From Hyphomicrobiales bacterium (GTDB lineage: Bacteria; Pseudomonadota; Alphaproteobacteria; Rhizobiales; MH13), in assembly GCA_017642935.1 (NCBI GenBank), contig JAEPOK010000001.1:1385192-1409191 (forward strand): a stretch of DNA of 24,000 bases. Direction: 5' to 3'. Position 1 is the first letter of the stretch. Each line of letters begins with the position of its first letter. Positions 1 through 7,843 of this stretch are shown one piece after another. A model generated the notes under the pieces. It was not told where the DNA came from. It made no database searches and saw nothing but the letters and a program-made list of their open reading frames with translations. The position numbers were made by a program, and so were the translations under genes.

Positions 1-894
1 CGCGACCCGGTGTTGGTGGCGGCGAATGATGGCGTCGGCACCAAGGTGAAAATTGCCATCGACTCTGGAGTTCATGACACGGTCGGCATCGATTTGGTGG
101 CCATGTGTGTGAACGATCTGGTCGTGCAAGGCGCTGAGCCACTGTTTTTCCTTGATTATTTCGCCTCTGGTGCGCTCGATGTTGATATGGCGGCAAGCGT
201 CGTGGGGGGCATTGCTGAAGGGTGTAAGCTCGCTGGTTCCGCGCTGATCGGCGGAGAAACGGCAGAGATGCCGTCGCTCTATGCCAACAAAGACTATGAC
301 TTGGCAGGCTTCAGTGTCGGCGCGGTGGAGCGTGATGAAATCCTGCCGCGCAAGACCCTTGTCGAAGGTGATGTGGTGCTTGGGCTTACGTCGTCTGGGT
401 TCCACTCCAACGGATATTCTCTCATTCGCAAGATCGTTGCAGAGGCAGGTTTGCCGTATGGCGCTCCGGCACCCTTCGATCCTGCACGTACCCTGGGTGA
501 GGTTCTGCTGACGCCGACCAGAATCTACGTGAAAAGCCTGCTCGCTGCCCAAAAGGCGACAGGTGCCATCAAAGGTTTGGCGCACATCACCGGTGGCGGG
601 CTGCTAGAAAACATCCCACGCGTTTTGCCTGACGATCTGGCTGTTTTCCTGGATCTCTCCGGGGTAACCGTTCCACCGGAAATGGCCTGGGCCGCCGACA
701 CGGCCAAGCTTTCGGCGCACGACATGCTCGCCACGTTCAACTGTGGCGTCGGGATGGTTGTGATCGTGGCAGCAGAGGATGCCAGCGCCGTTGCTGTGAA
801 ACTCTCCGAGATGGGCGAAAGCGTTCTAACCCTCGGCGCGGTGACGTCGCGGACCGGCGAGCCGGTGATCATCGAGAAGCAGCTGCCTCTATGA
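1..894 (+). CDS. purM: Phosphoribosylformylglycinamidine cyclo-ligase (AIR synthetase), 5'-truncated by the window edge
   Basis: Frame 1 is open from base 1 ([18 protein letters not shown]...). PurM hallmarks are present: [21 protein letters not shown]. The stop TGA at 892-894 overlaps the purN ATG (ATGA coupling). Confidence 0.95.
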   Translation, partial: RDPVLVAANDGVGTKVKIAIDSGVHDTVGIDLVAMCVNDLVVQGAEPLFFLDYFASGALDVDMAASVVGGIAEGCKLAGSALIGGETAEMPSLYANKDYDLAGFSVGAVERDEILPRKTLVEGDVVLGLTSSGFHSNGYSLIRKIVAEAGLPYGAPAPFDPARTLGEVLLTPTRIYVKSLLAAQKATGAIKGLAHITGGGLLENIPRVLPDDLAVFLDLSGVTVPPEMAWAADTAKLSAHDMLATFNCGVGMVVIVAAEDASAVAVKLSEMGESVLTLGAVTSRTGEPVIIEKQLPL

Positions 895-1520
895 AACGGC
901 TCGTGGCAATACTGATTTCCGGGCGCGGCTCCAACATGCAGGCCCTGGTACGCGCCGCGAATGAACCAGACTATCCTGCGGAAATCGCCTTGGTCGTTTC
1001 CAATCAACCTGAGGCGGCAGGCCTCGCGTGGGCCTCGGACCAACGCATCGCCACGGCTGTCGTTGACCACAAAGCCTTCAAGAAAGATCGTGAAGCGTTT
1101 GAGCGGGCGATTCACGCCGAGCTTGAAAAAGCGAACGTTGAAGTGGTGTGTCTGGCCGGGTTCATGCGGCTGCTGACGCCCTGGTTTATTGGAAAATGGC
1201 ACGACCGTCTGATCAACATCCACCCCTCGCTCCTGCCCTCTTTTAAAGGGCTCAACACCCATCAACGCGCGCTCGATGCCGGGGTGAAATTGCATGGCTG
1301 CACGGTGCATTTCGTACGGCCAGACATGGATGCCGGGCCCATCATCGCCCAGAAATCTGTACCGGTTCTGGATGATGATGATCCCGACACTTTGGCAGAA
1401 CGCGTCCTGGCGGCGGAACACGCGCTCTACCCGCACGCGCTGGCTGAGATGATCCGGGGATTGGAGGGCGGTTGGACCGTTAAAGCCGAGCGGGTGTTTG
1501 GAGTTCGCCCTATCGAATAG
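891..1520 (+). CDS. purN: Phosphoribosylglycinamide formyltransferase
   Basis: 209 aa. N-terminal [11 protein letters not shown] and the NIHPSLLP folate-binding motif are typical of PurN. It is translationally coupled to purM. Confidence 0.95.
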   Translation: MKRLVAILISGRGSNMQALVRAANEPDYPAEIALVVSNQPEAAGLAWASDQRIATAVVDHKAFKKDREAFERAIHAELEKANVEVVCLAGFMRLLTPWFIGKWHDRLINIHPSLLPSFKGLNTHQRALDAGVKLHGCTVHFVRPDMDAGPIIAQKSVPVLDDDDPDTLAERVLAAEHALYPHALAEMIRGLEGGWTVKAERVFGVRPIE

Positions 1521-2562
1521 GGGGATGCGCGCGCGGTGGCCGGCGCAAACCGCCCCCTTCCCCACCAGGGCGACGGCGCGGCTGTTGGGCCGAACCAGAA
1601 CGCGCGTTCTGCTTGGAAAAGCTGTCGTCGGGCGTTCCGGCAAAGCAGCGCGGCACAAACGGAAATTCGTCGGTGATCACATAGTAGTAGGTGCCATCGG
1701 GATATTCCGGCGTGACCCCAAAGCGGCCATTGCAGGCATCGAGCGTGCCCGAGCCTGGCACATACTCCCAGTCGGCGGTGAATGTGCCATCATACGCTCC
1801 GCCTGGCCCTGATGAACGCGTGCCAGAGCGCAGCGCATAACTTGATGTCATCTCCTCAAGGCCGGATGAGGGGTCATCTGAGTCGGCATAGCTAAGCGGC
1901 CCGTAAATCGGGAAACCATCGGCGGCATAGCCAATGAGTGTTGGCGCCCCGGCGCTCGCCAATCGGTCGTAAAGGCCATCAGGGATGCCGTGATAGTGGT
2001 AGGCGCCGTTGGGCTGCACATGGGCGTTGCTGGCATCCAGACCAAGCGAGCGGGTCTGCGGTCCAAAGGCTTCGTAGTTCCAGCCCGAAGAACGGTCATT
2101 GTTCCAAAATTCCGCTGTTGCTGGGTCGAAGATCACGCCATTGAGCGCCACGCCAAAGACGTAACGGTCGGCGCTGGTTGGCGAACCGCCGGTGCTTGGA
2201 TTGGTCGGCATATCAAAGCGGTAGCTCTGGGTGGAAATGCTGTTGGGATTGTTGGCATTGGGGAACTGGCCAGGCGCATGGTCCGGCAAGCCGTCGGCAA
2301 CAATGGTGCGCACTGCGCCATTGGATGAGATCGAGATGTTGGCCGCCGCTTCGACGGAACCAAGCAGCAATTCCTCCAAAATCTCGTCCAGCCAATTTGT
2401 GTCCTCTTCCACAAGCGCTTGGCCGGTGGCTGCAACCTCTTCATCGTGGGTGCCGTGGGCAAAACCATTGCTTGGTAATGCAGTGGTCGCGAGCAGCACG
2501 GCGACCATGGATGCCATACCAAGGCGTTTGAGCAGGTCGTTTTTGGGGTGGGTATCGGTCAT
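1510..2562 (-). CDS. Secreted YHYH-motif protein of unknown function
   Basis: The ORF 1510-2637 contains NGAYHYHGIPDGLY, the motif that names the uncharacterised YHYH family. I place the start at ATG 2562 (MTDTHPKNDLLKRLGMASMVAVLLATTALPSNGFA), which is preceded by GAAGAAGGG. The N-terminus looks like a Sec signal peptide. The C-terminal R/P/G-rich tail overlaps the purN 3' end by 11 nt. Confidence 0.8.
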   Translation of the reverse strand: MTDTHPKNDLLKRLGMASMVAVLLATTALPSNGFAHGTHDEEVAATGQALVEEDTNWLDEILEELLLGSVEAAANISISSNGAVRTIVADGLPDHAPGQFPNANNPNSISTQSYRFDMPTNPSTGGSPTSADRYVFGVALNGVIFDPATAEFWNNDRSSGWNYEAFGPQTRSLGLDASNAHVQPNGAYHYHGIPDGLYDRLASAGAPTLIGYAADGFPIYGPLSYADSDDPSSGLEEMTSSYALRSGTRSSGPGGAYDGTFTADWEYVPGSGTLDACNGRFGVTPEYPDGTYYYVITDEFPFVPRCFAGTPDDSFSKQNARSGSAQQPRRRPGGEGGGLRRPPRAHPPIR

Positions 2563-2650
2563 GGCGTTCGGCCCTTCTTCAACGGATCGCTCACGGGTTC
2601 GTGAGCACGCTGTGAAGGTGAGCGAGACGCGGGCCATGCACCAGTTAAGG

Positions 2651-2691
2651 GTGCGTCATGTTCTCGGTCTGTCCGTTACAAGTGCGTCATG
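2651..2691. repeat. Perfect 10-bp direct repeat GTGCGTCATG x2, 31 bp apart, in the divergent intergenic region
   Basis: Exact copies lie at 2651-2660 and 2682-2691. The second copy extends into the palindrome GTCATGAC (2686-2693) and is bracketed by the inverted repeat CTGTCC (2669-2674) / GGACAG (2699-2704). The repeat sits 89-129 nt upstream of the YHYH start. Confidence 0.5.
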
Positions 2692-2784
2692 ACATTTTGG
2701 ACAGGTTTGAGTGTGGAGATGCTTGGGTTGGCGAAGGCAGCCGCGCTTAAAGGTGAGGATAAGAGGAGCTGCTTAGAGCCTAAA

Positions 2785-2815
2785 TTGACGGTCACCGTCA
2801 TGCGTGTTTGATAAA
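2785..2815 (+). promoter_or_regulatory. Candidate sigma70-like promoter for the orphan ORF
   Basis: TTGACG (2785-2790) is followed about 19 nt later by GATAAA (2810-2815), 24 nt upstream of the TTG start at 2839. The spacing is longer than ideal and the -10 element matches only 4 of 6 positions. Confidence 0.25.
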
Positions 2816-2838
2816 TTGGGCAAAGAGGGAACGGCGAG

Positions 2839-3435
2839 TTGACCGACAAATCGAATTGGGAAATCAAAGGTCGGCTTTGGGATTTTTACAAACCAAGACA
2901 TACGCATTCATGGAACATGCTAGTTATGTCCTGGCGTGCCTTGGATGACTCGCTTGATGATGACGATCTTTGCTTTGAGGTCGAATACCTCTGGGAAAAC
3001 TTCATCATCCGTCTTTGGCTTTACCGAACGACGGTGAAGACCCTTAGCAAACTCCCGACGGTTAAGGAGGATGCTGACAAGGCATTGGCATCATTTGATG
3101 TGGCCTTCGACCACAACGGCCAGAATGGCTTGAAGGCTATTCGCGACATGATTGAGCACTTCGACGACTACGCTGCTGGTGTGGGAAGAGGTCCTGCTAT
3201 ACGTGACCGAGACCTAGATCCGTGGCGAACAATCACTAAGGACATGTATCAACGAGGAGGCTGGCTGCTCGACCGCGCGAAATCCTACGAAGCCGCGATC
3301 CAACTGCGAGATGATGCACAGGTTGTGAGCGATCAATTTATCACTAGCTACAAATCTAGAACACTGATGGCGCCTCCAAAGTTAATAGTTTCTTGGCGTT
3401 CAAAGACGCAAAAAGGGCGGCCACCGGATACGTGA
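2839..3435 (+). CDS. Hypothetical protein (orphan, low GC, Trp-rich, single R-x4-H motif)
   Basis: This 597-nt ORF is the only long ORF in any frame across a stretch of about 50% GC. It has a TTG start with AGAGGGA 8-9 nt upstream and an in-frame TAA at 2812-2814 that bounds it. It uses AGA, CTA, ATA and TTA codons. It has 9 Trp in 198 aa and an acidic run DDSLDDDD. I do not recognise the family. Confidence 0.5.
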   Translation: MTDKSNWEIKGRLWDFYKPRHTHSWNMLVMSWRALDDSLDDDDLCFEVEYLWENFIIRLWLYRTTVKTLSKLPTVKEDADKALASFDVAFDHNGQNGLKAIRDMIEHFDDYAAGVGRGPAIRDRDLDPWRTITKDMYQRGGWLLDRAKSYEAAIQLRDDAQVVSDQFITSYKSRTLMAPPKLIVSWRSKTQKGRPPDT

Positions 3436-3447
3436 AACCGCCCCTTT
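3412..3447 (-). terminator. Rho-independent terminator of ndk (possibly bidirectional)
   Basis: The minus-strand RNA reads AAAGGGGCGG-tttCACgtatccgGTGg-CCGCCCTTTTTGCGTCTTTG. It has a GC-rich stem (GGGCGG/CCGCCC plus CAC/GTG) followed by a T5 run, and it starts about 22 nt after the ndk stop. On the plus strand the same stem is followed by TTTAAA. Confidence 0.6.
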
Positions 3448-3469
3448 AAATGCTTGCATCGGCTAGTTG

Positions 3470-3892
3470 TTAGCCAACAATTTCCAGCTCGGAGAACCAG
3501 TAGGCGATCTCTTCAGCGGCGGTTTCGGGTGCGTCCGAGCCGTGAACAGAGTTCTCCCCGATCGACTCGGCGAACTCTTTCCGGATGGTGCCTTCTTCGG
3601 CTTCAGCCGGGTTGGTGGCGCCCATCACTTCGCGGTTGCGAGCGATGGCGTCTTCACCTTCCAGAACCTGAACGACCGTCGGTGCGGACGACATGAAATC
3701 AACCAACTCGTCAAAGAACGGGCGTTCGCGGTGCACGGCATAAAAGCCCTCAGCATCCTTGCGGCTCATCCACACGCGCTTAGAAGCGACGACGCGCAAT
3801 CCGGCAGCTTCGAGTTTGGCGGTGATCTGGCCGGTCAGGTTGCGGCGCGTGGCGTCCGGCTTGATCATGGAAAAGGTGCGTTCGATGGCCAT
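3470..3892 (-). CDS. ndk: Nucleoside diphosphate kinase
   Basis: [14 protein letters not shown]... and NSVHGSD (active-site His) are present, and the length is 140 aa. I take the start at ATG 3892, preceded by AGGA about 9 nt upstream, rather than the longer track ORF that begins at 3949. Confidence 0.95.
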   Translation of the reverse strand: MAIERTFSMIKPDATRRNLTGQITAKLEAAGLRVVASKRVWMSRKDAEGFYAVHRERPFFDELVDFMSSAPTVVQVLEGEDAIARNREVMGATNPAEAEEGTIRKEFAESIGENSVHGSDAPETAAEEIAYWFSELEIVG

Positions 3893-3933
3893 TGCGGCGA
3901 TCCTATCGTTAAATGGGGAAACAGAATGGGAAG

Positions 3934-3964
3934 CGGGCGCGTCAGCCAATGTGCTGCGCGCCCG
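3934..3964 (-). terminator. Candidate terminator hairpin downstream of the GST gene
   Basis: An 8-bp GC stem CGGGCGCG/CGCGCCCG (3934-3941 / 3957-3964) encloses a 15-nt loop. On the minus strand it is followed by the pyrimidine-rich CTTCCCATTCTGTTTCC. It lies 35 nt after the GST stop. The large loop and weak T-tract lower confidence. Confidence 0.35.
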
Positions 3965-3998
3965 GTGTGGCGCGATATAGACCGGGGCCGCCGCGGCT

Positions 3999-4685
3999 TC
4001 AAGCGGCGAGTTTCAGCGCCGCAGTTTGGTTGCAGGCGTCAAGCACCCGATTGAACCAGTCGTGCAGCAGGTCATCGCCGTTCATTGTGTCATAGGATGA
4101 TGTGGCTTTGGCCCAGCAGAACGAGGCCGCCAGCGCAATGTCCGCATAAAGCAGGCGTTCGCCACCCAGATAGGGCGTTTCTTCCAAACGGCGGCGGTAG
4201 GGTTTCAGGAAGGTCGCGAACTTCTGCCGCTCCTTGTCCCGGCCGCGCTGTACGTCTTCCAGCGACATGCCGAAGCGTTTTTCGCGGCTTTGACGGAAAT
4301 AGGCGGCATCTTCGCGCGCCAGATGGTTGTGAATATCGAGAATGATCATCCGGCTTATCGTGGGGTAGAGTCCGGTGACGATCAGATTGTCGATCAGCGC
4401 GGCGTTTTCCTTGCCACCATCACCTCCAAAAATGGATGCGCTCTCCGGGTAGGTGTCTTCAAGGTAAGCGCATATGGCAAAGCTCTCGGTGATCGTTGTC
4501 TCGCCGTCGATCAAGACCGGTACGGTTTTATGGATGCAGTCCAGTGCCTTGGGGATTTGGGTGAACGGGGTTGGTCGGTTTTCAAAGTCCAACTCTTTGA
4601 AACCGAGCGTCAGGCGCGCTCGCCAGGAGTAGGCTGAAAACAACCGGTCCGGTTCGGCGCCACAAAGCTCATAGAGTATCCGCAT
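3999..4685 (-). CDS. Glutathione S-transferase family protein
   Basis: 228 aa. The N-terminal thioredoxin-like GST pattern is present ([25 protein letters not shown]), followed by a helical C-terminal domain. GGGGA lies upstream of the ATG at 4685. The subfamily is not assignable by eye. Confidence 0.85.
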   Translation of the reverse strand: MRILYELCGAEPDRLFSAYSWRARLTLGFKELDFENRPTPFTQIPKALDCIHKTVPVLIDGETTITESFAICAYLEDTYPESASIFGGDGGKENAALIDNLIVTGLYPTISRMIILDIHNHLAREDAAYFRQSREKRFGMSLEDVQRGRDKERQKFATFLKPYRRRLEETPYLGGERLLYADIALAASFCWAKATSSYDTMNGDDLLHDWFNRVLDACNQTAALKLAA

Positions 4686-4759
4686 CGCATCCCCGTTTGT
4701 GCATGTGTGTGGTCGATATGCCGCTAGACCAGCCGACGGCGCAATGCTAGCCCGGCGCC

Positions 4760-6667
4760 ATGCTAGAAATTTCCAATCTCACCTACCGGCTGGGCGACCG
4801 GCTTTTGTTCGATGACGCGTCTGCAACCATTCAGCGCGGATCGAAAGTCGGATTCGTCGGCCGGAACGGATCGGGCAAAACCACGCTGTTCAAGCTGATC
4901 CGCGGTGAGATCGCGCCGGAAAGCGGTGAAATCCGTCTGCCATCGCGCATGCGTCTCGGCGGCGTCGATCAGGAGGTGCCTGCTGGGCCTCAAGCGTTGC
5001 TGGAGATCGTTCTGGCGGCCGACACCGAGCGCGCCGCACTTTTTGCCGAGGCGGAGACAGCAACCGATCCGACGCGCATCAGCGACATCCAACTACGCTT
5101 GGCCGACATTGACGCGCACTCCGCTGAGTCGCGCGCGGCACGGATTCTCCAAGGTTTGGGATTCGATCACCAAGCGCAGCAACGACCGGCATCGGACTTC
5201 TCTGGCGGCTGGCGCATGCGTGTGGCTTTGGCAGCCGTGCTTTTTTCGGCACCTGACCTTTTGCTGCTCGACGAGCCCACCAACTATCTTGATCTGGAAG
5301 GCGCATTATGGCTGGAAACCTATCTGGCGCGTTATCCGCACACGTTGATGGTCATCTCGCATGACCGGGATTTGCTCAACAGCGCGGTCAGTCAAACACT
5401 CCATCTCGATCAGCGGCGGCTCCAGCTCTATGGCGGCCCGTTCGACACGTTCGACAAGCAACGTCGTATCCAGCTTGCGGTTGAAGAAAAAGCACAGGCC
5501 AAACAGGCTGCTCGGCGCGCGCATATGCAATCCTTTGTCGACCGCTTCCGCGCCAAGGCGACCAAGGCCAAGCAGGCGCAATCGCGGCTAAAAATGCTGG
5601 AGAAAATGGAACCGATGGCGCTGCGCATGGAAGAGCGCGTGGCACCGTTTCATTTCAAAGGACCAGAAAAACCAAAATCGCCACCGCTCATCAATGGGCG
5701 CGATTTGGCGGTTGGCTATGAACTAGACAAGGCCATCCTGTCGAGGATGACGTTCCGCATCGACCCAGATGATCGTATTGCGCTGCTTGGCCAAAACGGC
5801 AACGGCAAATCGACGTTTGCTAAGATGATTGCCGGACGCCTCACCCGTCAGGCCGGCGACCTGACCTTTCCAGGCAAGATGAAGGTCGCCTTCTTCACCC
5901 AGCATCAGTTGGATGATTTGAACCCTAAAGAATCGCCGGTCGACACGGTGCGTAAGCGTATGCCCGAGGCGGGCGAAGCCAAGGTGCGCGGCCGCGCGGC
6001 CCAAATGGGGTTCGATCGGCTCCGGATGGACACGCCTGCCGGACAGCTTTCGGGCGGCGAGCGCGCTAGGCTGCTGCTCGGGCTCATTACGTTTGATGGC
6101 TCAGACATTCTGATCCTCGATGAGCCGACAAACCATTTGGACATGGAAAGCCGTGAAGCGCTGGTCGAGGCGCTGTCGGATTATGACGGCGCTGTCATCA
6201 TCATCAGTCATGATCGCCACCTCATCGAGGCTACGGCTGACCGGCTTTGGGTGGTAGGCGATGGAACGGTCAAACCTTATGAGGATGATCTATCAGCCTA
6301 TCGGCAAGCGATACTGCGCGGTGTCGATGGCGGCAAGCAGCGAGGCAGCAAAACATCTACGCCCAAGAAGAGCTTTGGCAAGGCTGAACCGGTTGCGCCC
6401 CAGCCATCTGCCAAGCCTGTGCGACCCGGCAATGTTTCACTTCTGAAAAAGCAGGTGGCTGAGGCAGAATCACGGCTAGCGACAATCCGGGCTGAACTGG
6501 CGAAAATCGACAAGGATCTCGCCAACCCCAAGCTTTACGCGATGAACCCGCAAAAGGGTGCAAAACTCGCTGCGCGGCGGGCCAAAGGCGCTGAAGCGCT
6601 CGACAGTTGGGAAGCCCGTTGGCTGGACCTCAACGCGGCGCTCGAAGAGGCTGGCGAACAGGTCTAG
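4760..6667 (+). CDS. ABC-F family ATPase (tandem ABC domains, no transmembrane domain; YheS/Uup-like)
   Basis: 635 aa. Two Walker A sites (GRNGSGKTT, GQNGNGKST), two signature motifs (FSGGWRMR, LSGGERAR) and two Walker B sites (LLLLDEPTN, ILILDEPTN) are present. There is an inter-domain linker and a C-terminal coiled-coil-like tail. Confidence 0.9.
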   Translation: MLEISNLTYRLGDRLLFDDASATIQRGSKVGFVGRNGSGKTTLFKLIRGEIAPESGEIRLPSRMRLGGVDQEVPAGPQALLEIVLAADTERAALFAEAETATDPTRISDIQLRLADIDAHSAESRAARILQGLGFDHQAQQRPASDFSGGWRMRVALAAVLFSAPDLLLLDEPTNYLDLEGALWLETYLARYPHTLMVISHDRDLLNSAVSQTLHLDQRRLQLYGGPFDTFDKQRRIQLAVEEKAQAKQAARRAHMQSFVDRFRAKATKAKQAQSRLKMLEKMEPMALRMEERVAPFHFKGPEKPKSPPLINGRDLAVGYELDKAILSRMTFRIDPDDRIALLGQNGNGKSTFAKMIAGRLTRQAGDLTFPGKMKVAFFTQHQLDDLNPKESPVDTVRKRMPEAGEAKVRGRAAQMGFDRLRMDTPAGQLSGGERARLLLGLITFDGSDILILDEPTNHLDMESREALVEALSDYDGAVIIISHDRHLIEATADRLWVVGDGTVKPYEDDLSAYRQAILRGVDGGKQRGSKTSTPKKSFGKAEPVAPQPSAKPVRPGNVSLLKKQVAEAESRLATIRAELAKIDKDLANPKLYAMNPQKGAKLAARRAKGAEALDSWEARWLDLNAALEEAGEQV

Positions 6668-6685
6668 CAGTTGCCGCGGCCGTCA

Positions 6686-6730
6686 TTTCGATCCTACGAA
6701 ACGACCAATTGACCTCGTTGGTCATCGAAA
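6686..6730. terminator. Candidate structured element or bidirectional terminator between convergent genes
   Basis: TTTCGAT (6686-6692) and GACCAA (6703-6708) pair with the contiguous TTGGTCATCGAAA (6718-6730). A competing small hairpin TTTCG..CGAAA also exists. There is no T-tract, and the right arm overlaps the stop of the YbjN-like gene. Confidence 0.3.
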
Positions 6731-7258
6731 GCCGATGAACTCGACATAGTCGTCGAGAACCGTTTCCCACCAGACCAGATCATCGCGGAAGGTTTCCAGG
6801 GAGATGCCGTGGCGGGTGTTGATCGCGATCTGGATAACTGCGTCGCCATCGTTGCGGATATAGGCTTTGCCGAATCTACGGCTGGAGTTCCATTCGTTCA
6901 TTTGATCGATGGTCAGGCCATCCATTTCAAAAGATGCGGTGAAGGACAGGTCCGCGCAGTCGGGCTCGCAATTGTAAACATCCACTGCGAAGTTGATGTT
7001 GTTGACCGTCGCTGCGATGTAGCGCTCGCCATTGCTGTCTCGTTCAAGTCGAGCGGTTCCGATTTCTGCAACGACAGGGCAGAGTTCATCGAGAACGGCA
7101 AACACCATGCCCGATGGGCCAGGTCCGGTGCAGGCGGCAGCCGGTTGCGGGCCTTTTTGGGCCAGGGCCGCCGAAGGCAGACCGAACGTCGCCGCGACTG
7201 CAATCGCCGAGGCGGCGGTAACCGCTGAAAAATGAAATCTGTGCGCTTGCGTTGCCAT
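6722..7258 (-). CDS. YbjN-like domain protein with an N-terminal signal peptide
   Basis: The C-terminal part (INFAVDVYNC...MNEWNSSRRFGKAYIRNDGDAVIQ...) resembles the YbjN / putative sensory-transduction-regulator family. The N-terminus MATQAHRFHFSAVTAASAIAVAATFGLPSAALA-Q looks like a Sec signal with an ALA-Q cleavage site. I prefer ATG 7258 (GGGAGAG upstream) over GTG 7264. Confidence 0.75.
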   Translation of the reverse strand: MATQAHRFHFSAVTAASAIAVAATFGLPSAALAQKGPQPAAACTGPGPSGMVFAVLDELCPVVAEIGTARLERDSNGERYIAATVNNINFAVDVYNCEPDCADLSFTASFEMDGLTIDQMNEWNSSRRFGKAYIRNDGDAVIQIAINTRHGISLETFRDDLVWWETVLDDYVEFIGFR

Positions 7259-7372
7259 GGCCACTCTCCCTCTGCCAAGCCAGCCAGCGTTCTATGACGC
7301 CGTTTGACAAAATCTGCATGGCAAAAGGCGCAAGGTCAAACCTGAGATTCCCGTTGTCCTCAGTTCAACCGA

Positions 7373-7834
7373 TTATTGGTCGGCCCGCTGCCAAGCGCCG
7401 GTCTCTGATTGGCGCCAATATGACAGCGTGTGATCGTCGTCGTGCAACCTCTTCCAGACACCGCGCGCCGCTTGAACAGAGTCGGGTTTTGTCCCGTCGA
7501 ACATCAAAATAGCGCGCTGATAGGCGCTCAAATCATGATCTGCGCTTGGCAAGGCGCCTTCGACGAAAAACCGAACCGCAGCACCATTTGGGTTGTCCGA
7601 CGTCGCCGACAGCCAGATTGGATGGCGCTGTGGATCCGTCGCTCCTTCGCCCGCGTGTGGCAAAAAGCTAGCCTCGTTGTACGTCCAAAGATGATCGTCC
7701 AGATCCTTGAGCCGCGATGGCTCTCCGACTTCGACGACTACCCGCCAGTCTCGCTCCAAGCATTTGGCCAGGAGCTGCGGCAAAGCGGTTTCCAGGCTGA
7801 CGGTCTGCAGATGGTAAAATGCAACATCAGCCAT
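7373..7834 (-). CDS. holC: DNA polymerase III chi subunit
   Basis: 153 aa. MADVAFYHLQ... and DDHLWTY... are typical of HolC. The gene lies 10 nt downstream of the pepA stop, matching the conserved pepA-holC arrangement. Confidence 0.9.
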   Translation of the reverse strand: MADVAFYHLQTVSLETALPQLLAKCLERDWRVVVEVGEPSRLKDLDDHLWTYNEASFLPHAGEGATDPQRHPIWLSATSDNPNGAAVRFFVEGALPSADHDLSAYQRAILMFDGTKPDSVQAARGVWKRLHDDDHTLSYWRQSETGAWQRADQ

Positions 7835-7843
7835 GGATCGTCA

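Noticed and set aside
525-1658. 377-aa ORF on the minus strand that covers purM and purN
   Set aside because: It is antisense to two genes with unmistakable PurM and PurN motifs. Its translation is Arg/Pro/Ala-rich and low in complexity, which is typical of a shadow ORF in GC-rich DNA.
2719-2811. 30-aa plus-strand mini-ORF (MLGLAKAAALKGEDKRSCLEPKLTVTVMRV) upstream of the orphan ORF, considered as a possible antitoxin or leader peptide
   Set aside because: GGAG directly abuts the ATG with no spacer. The ORF is too short to evaluate and has no recognisable DNA-binding or antitoxin features.
2676-2867. 63-aa minus-strand ORF in the islet's intergenic region
   Set aside because: It has no RBS, overlaps the start and candidate promoter of the orphan ORF, and has a featureless sequence.
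2640-3450. Interpreting the islet as a toxin-antitoxin or defence system
   Set aside because: Only one gene is present, with no partner ORF, no mobile-element hallmarks and only a weak motif match. Calling it a system would go beyond what the sequence shows.
3467-4054. 195-aa plus-strand ORF, and the nested ORFs 3454-3696 and 3759-3980
   Set aside because: They are antisense to ndk and its upstream region. They show no recognisable motifs and are shadow ORFs.
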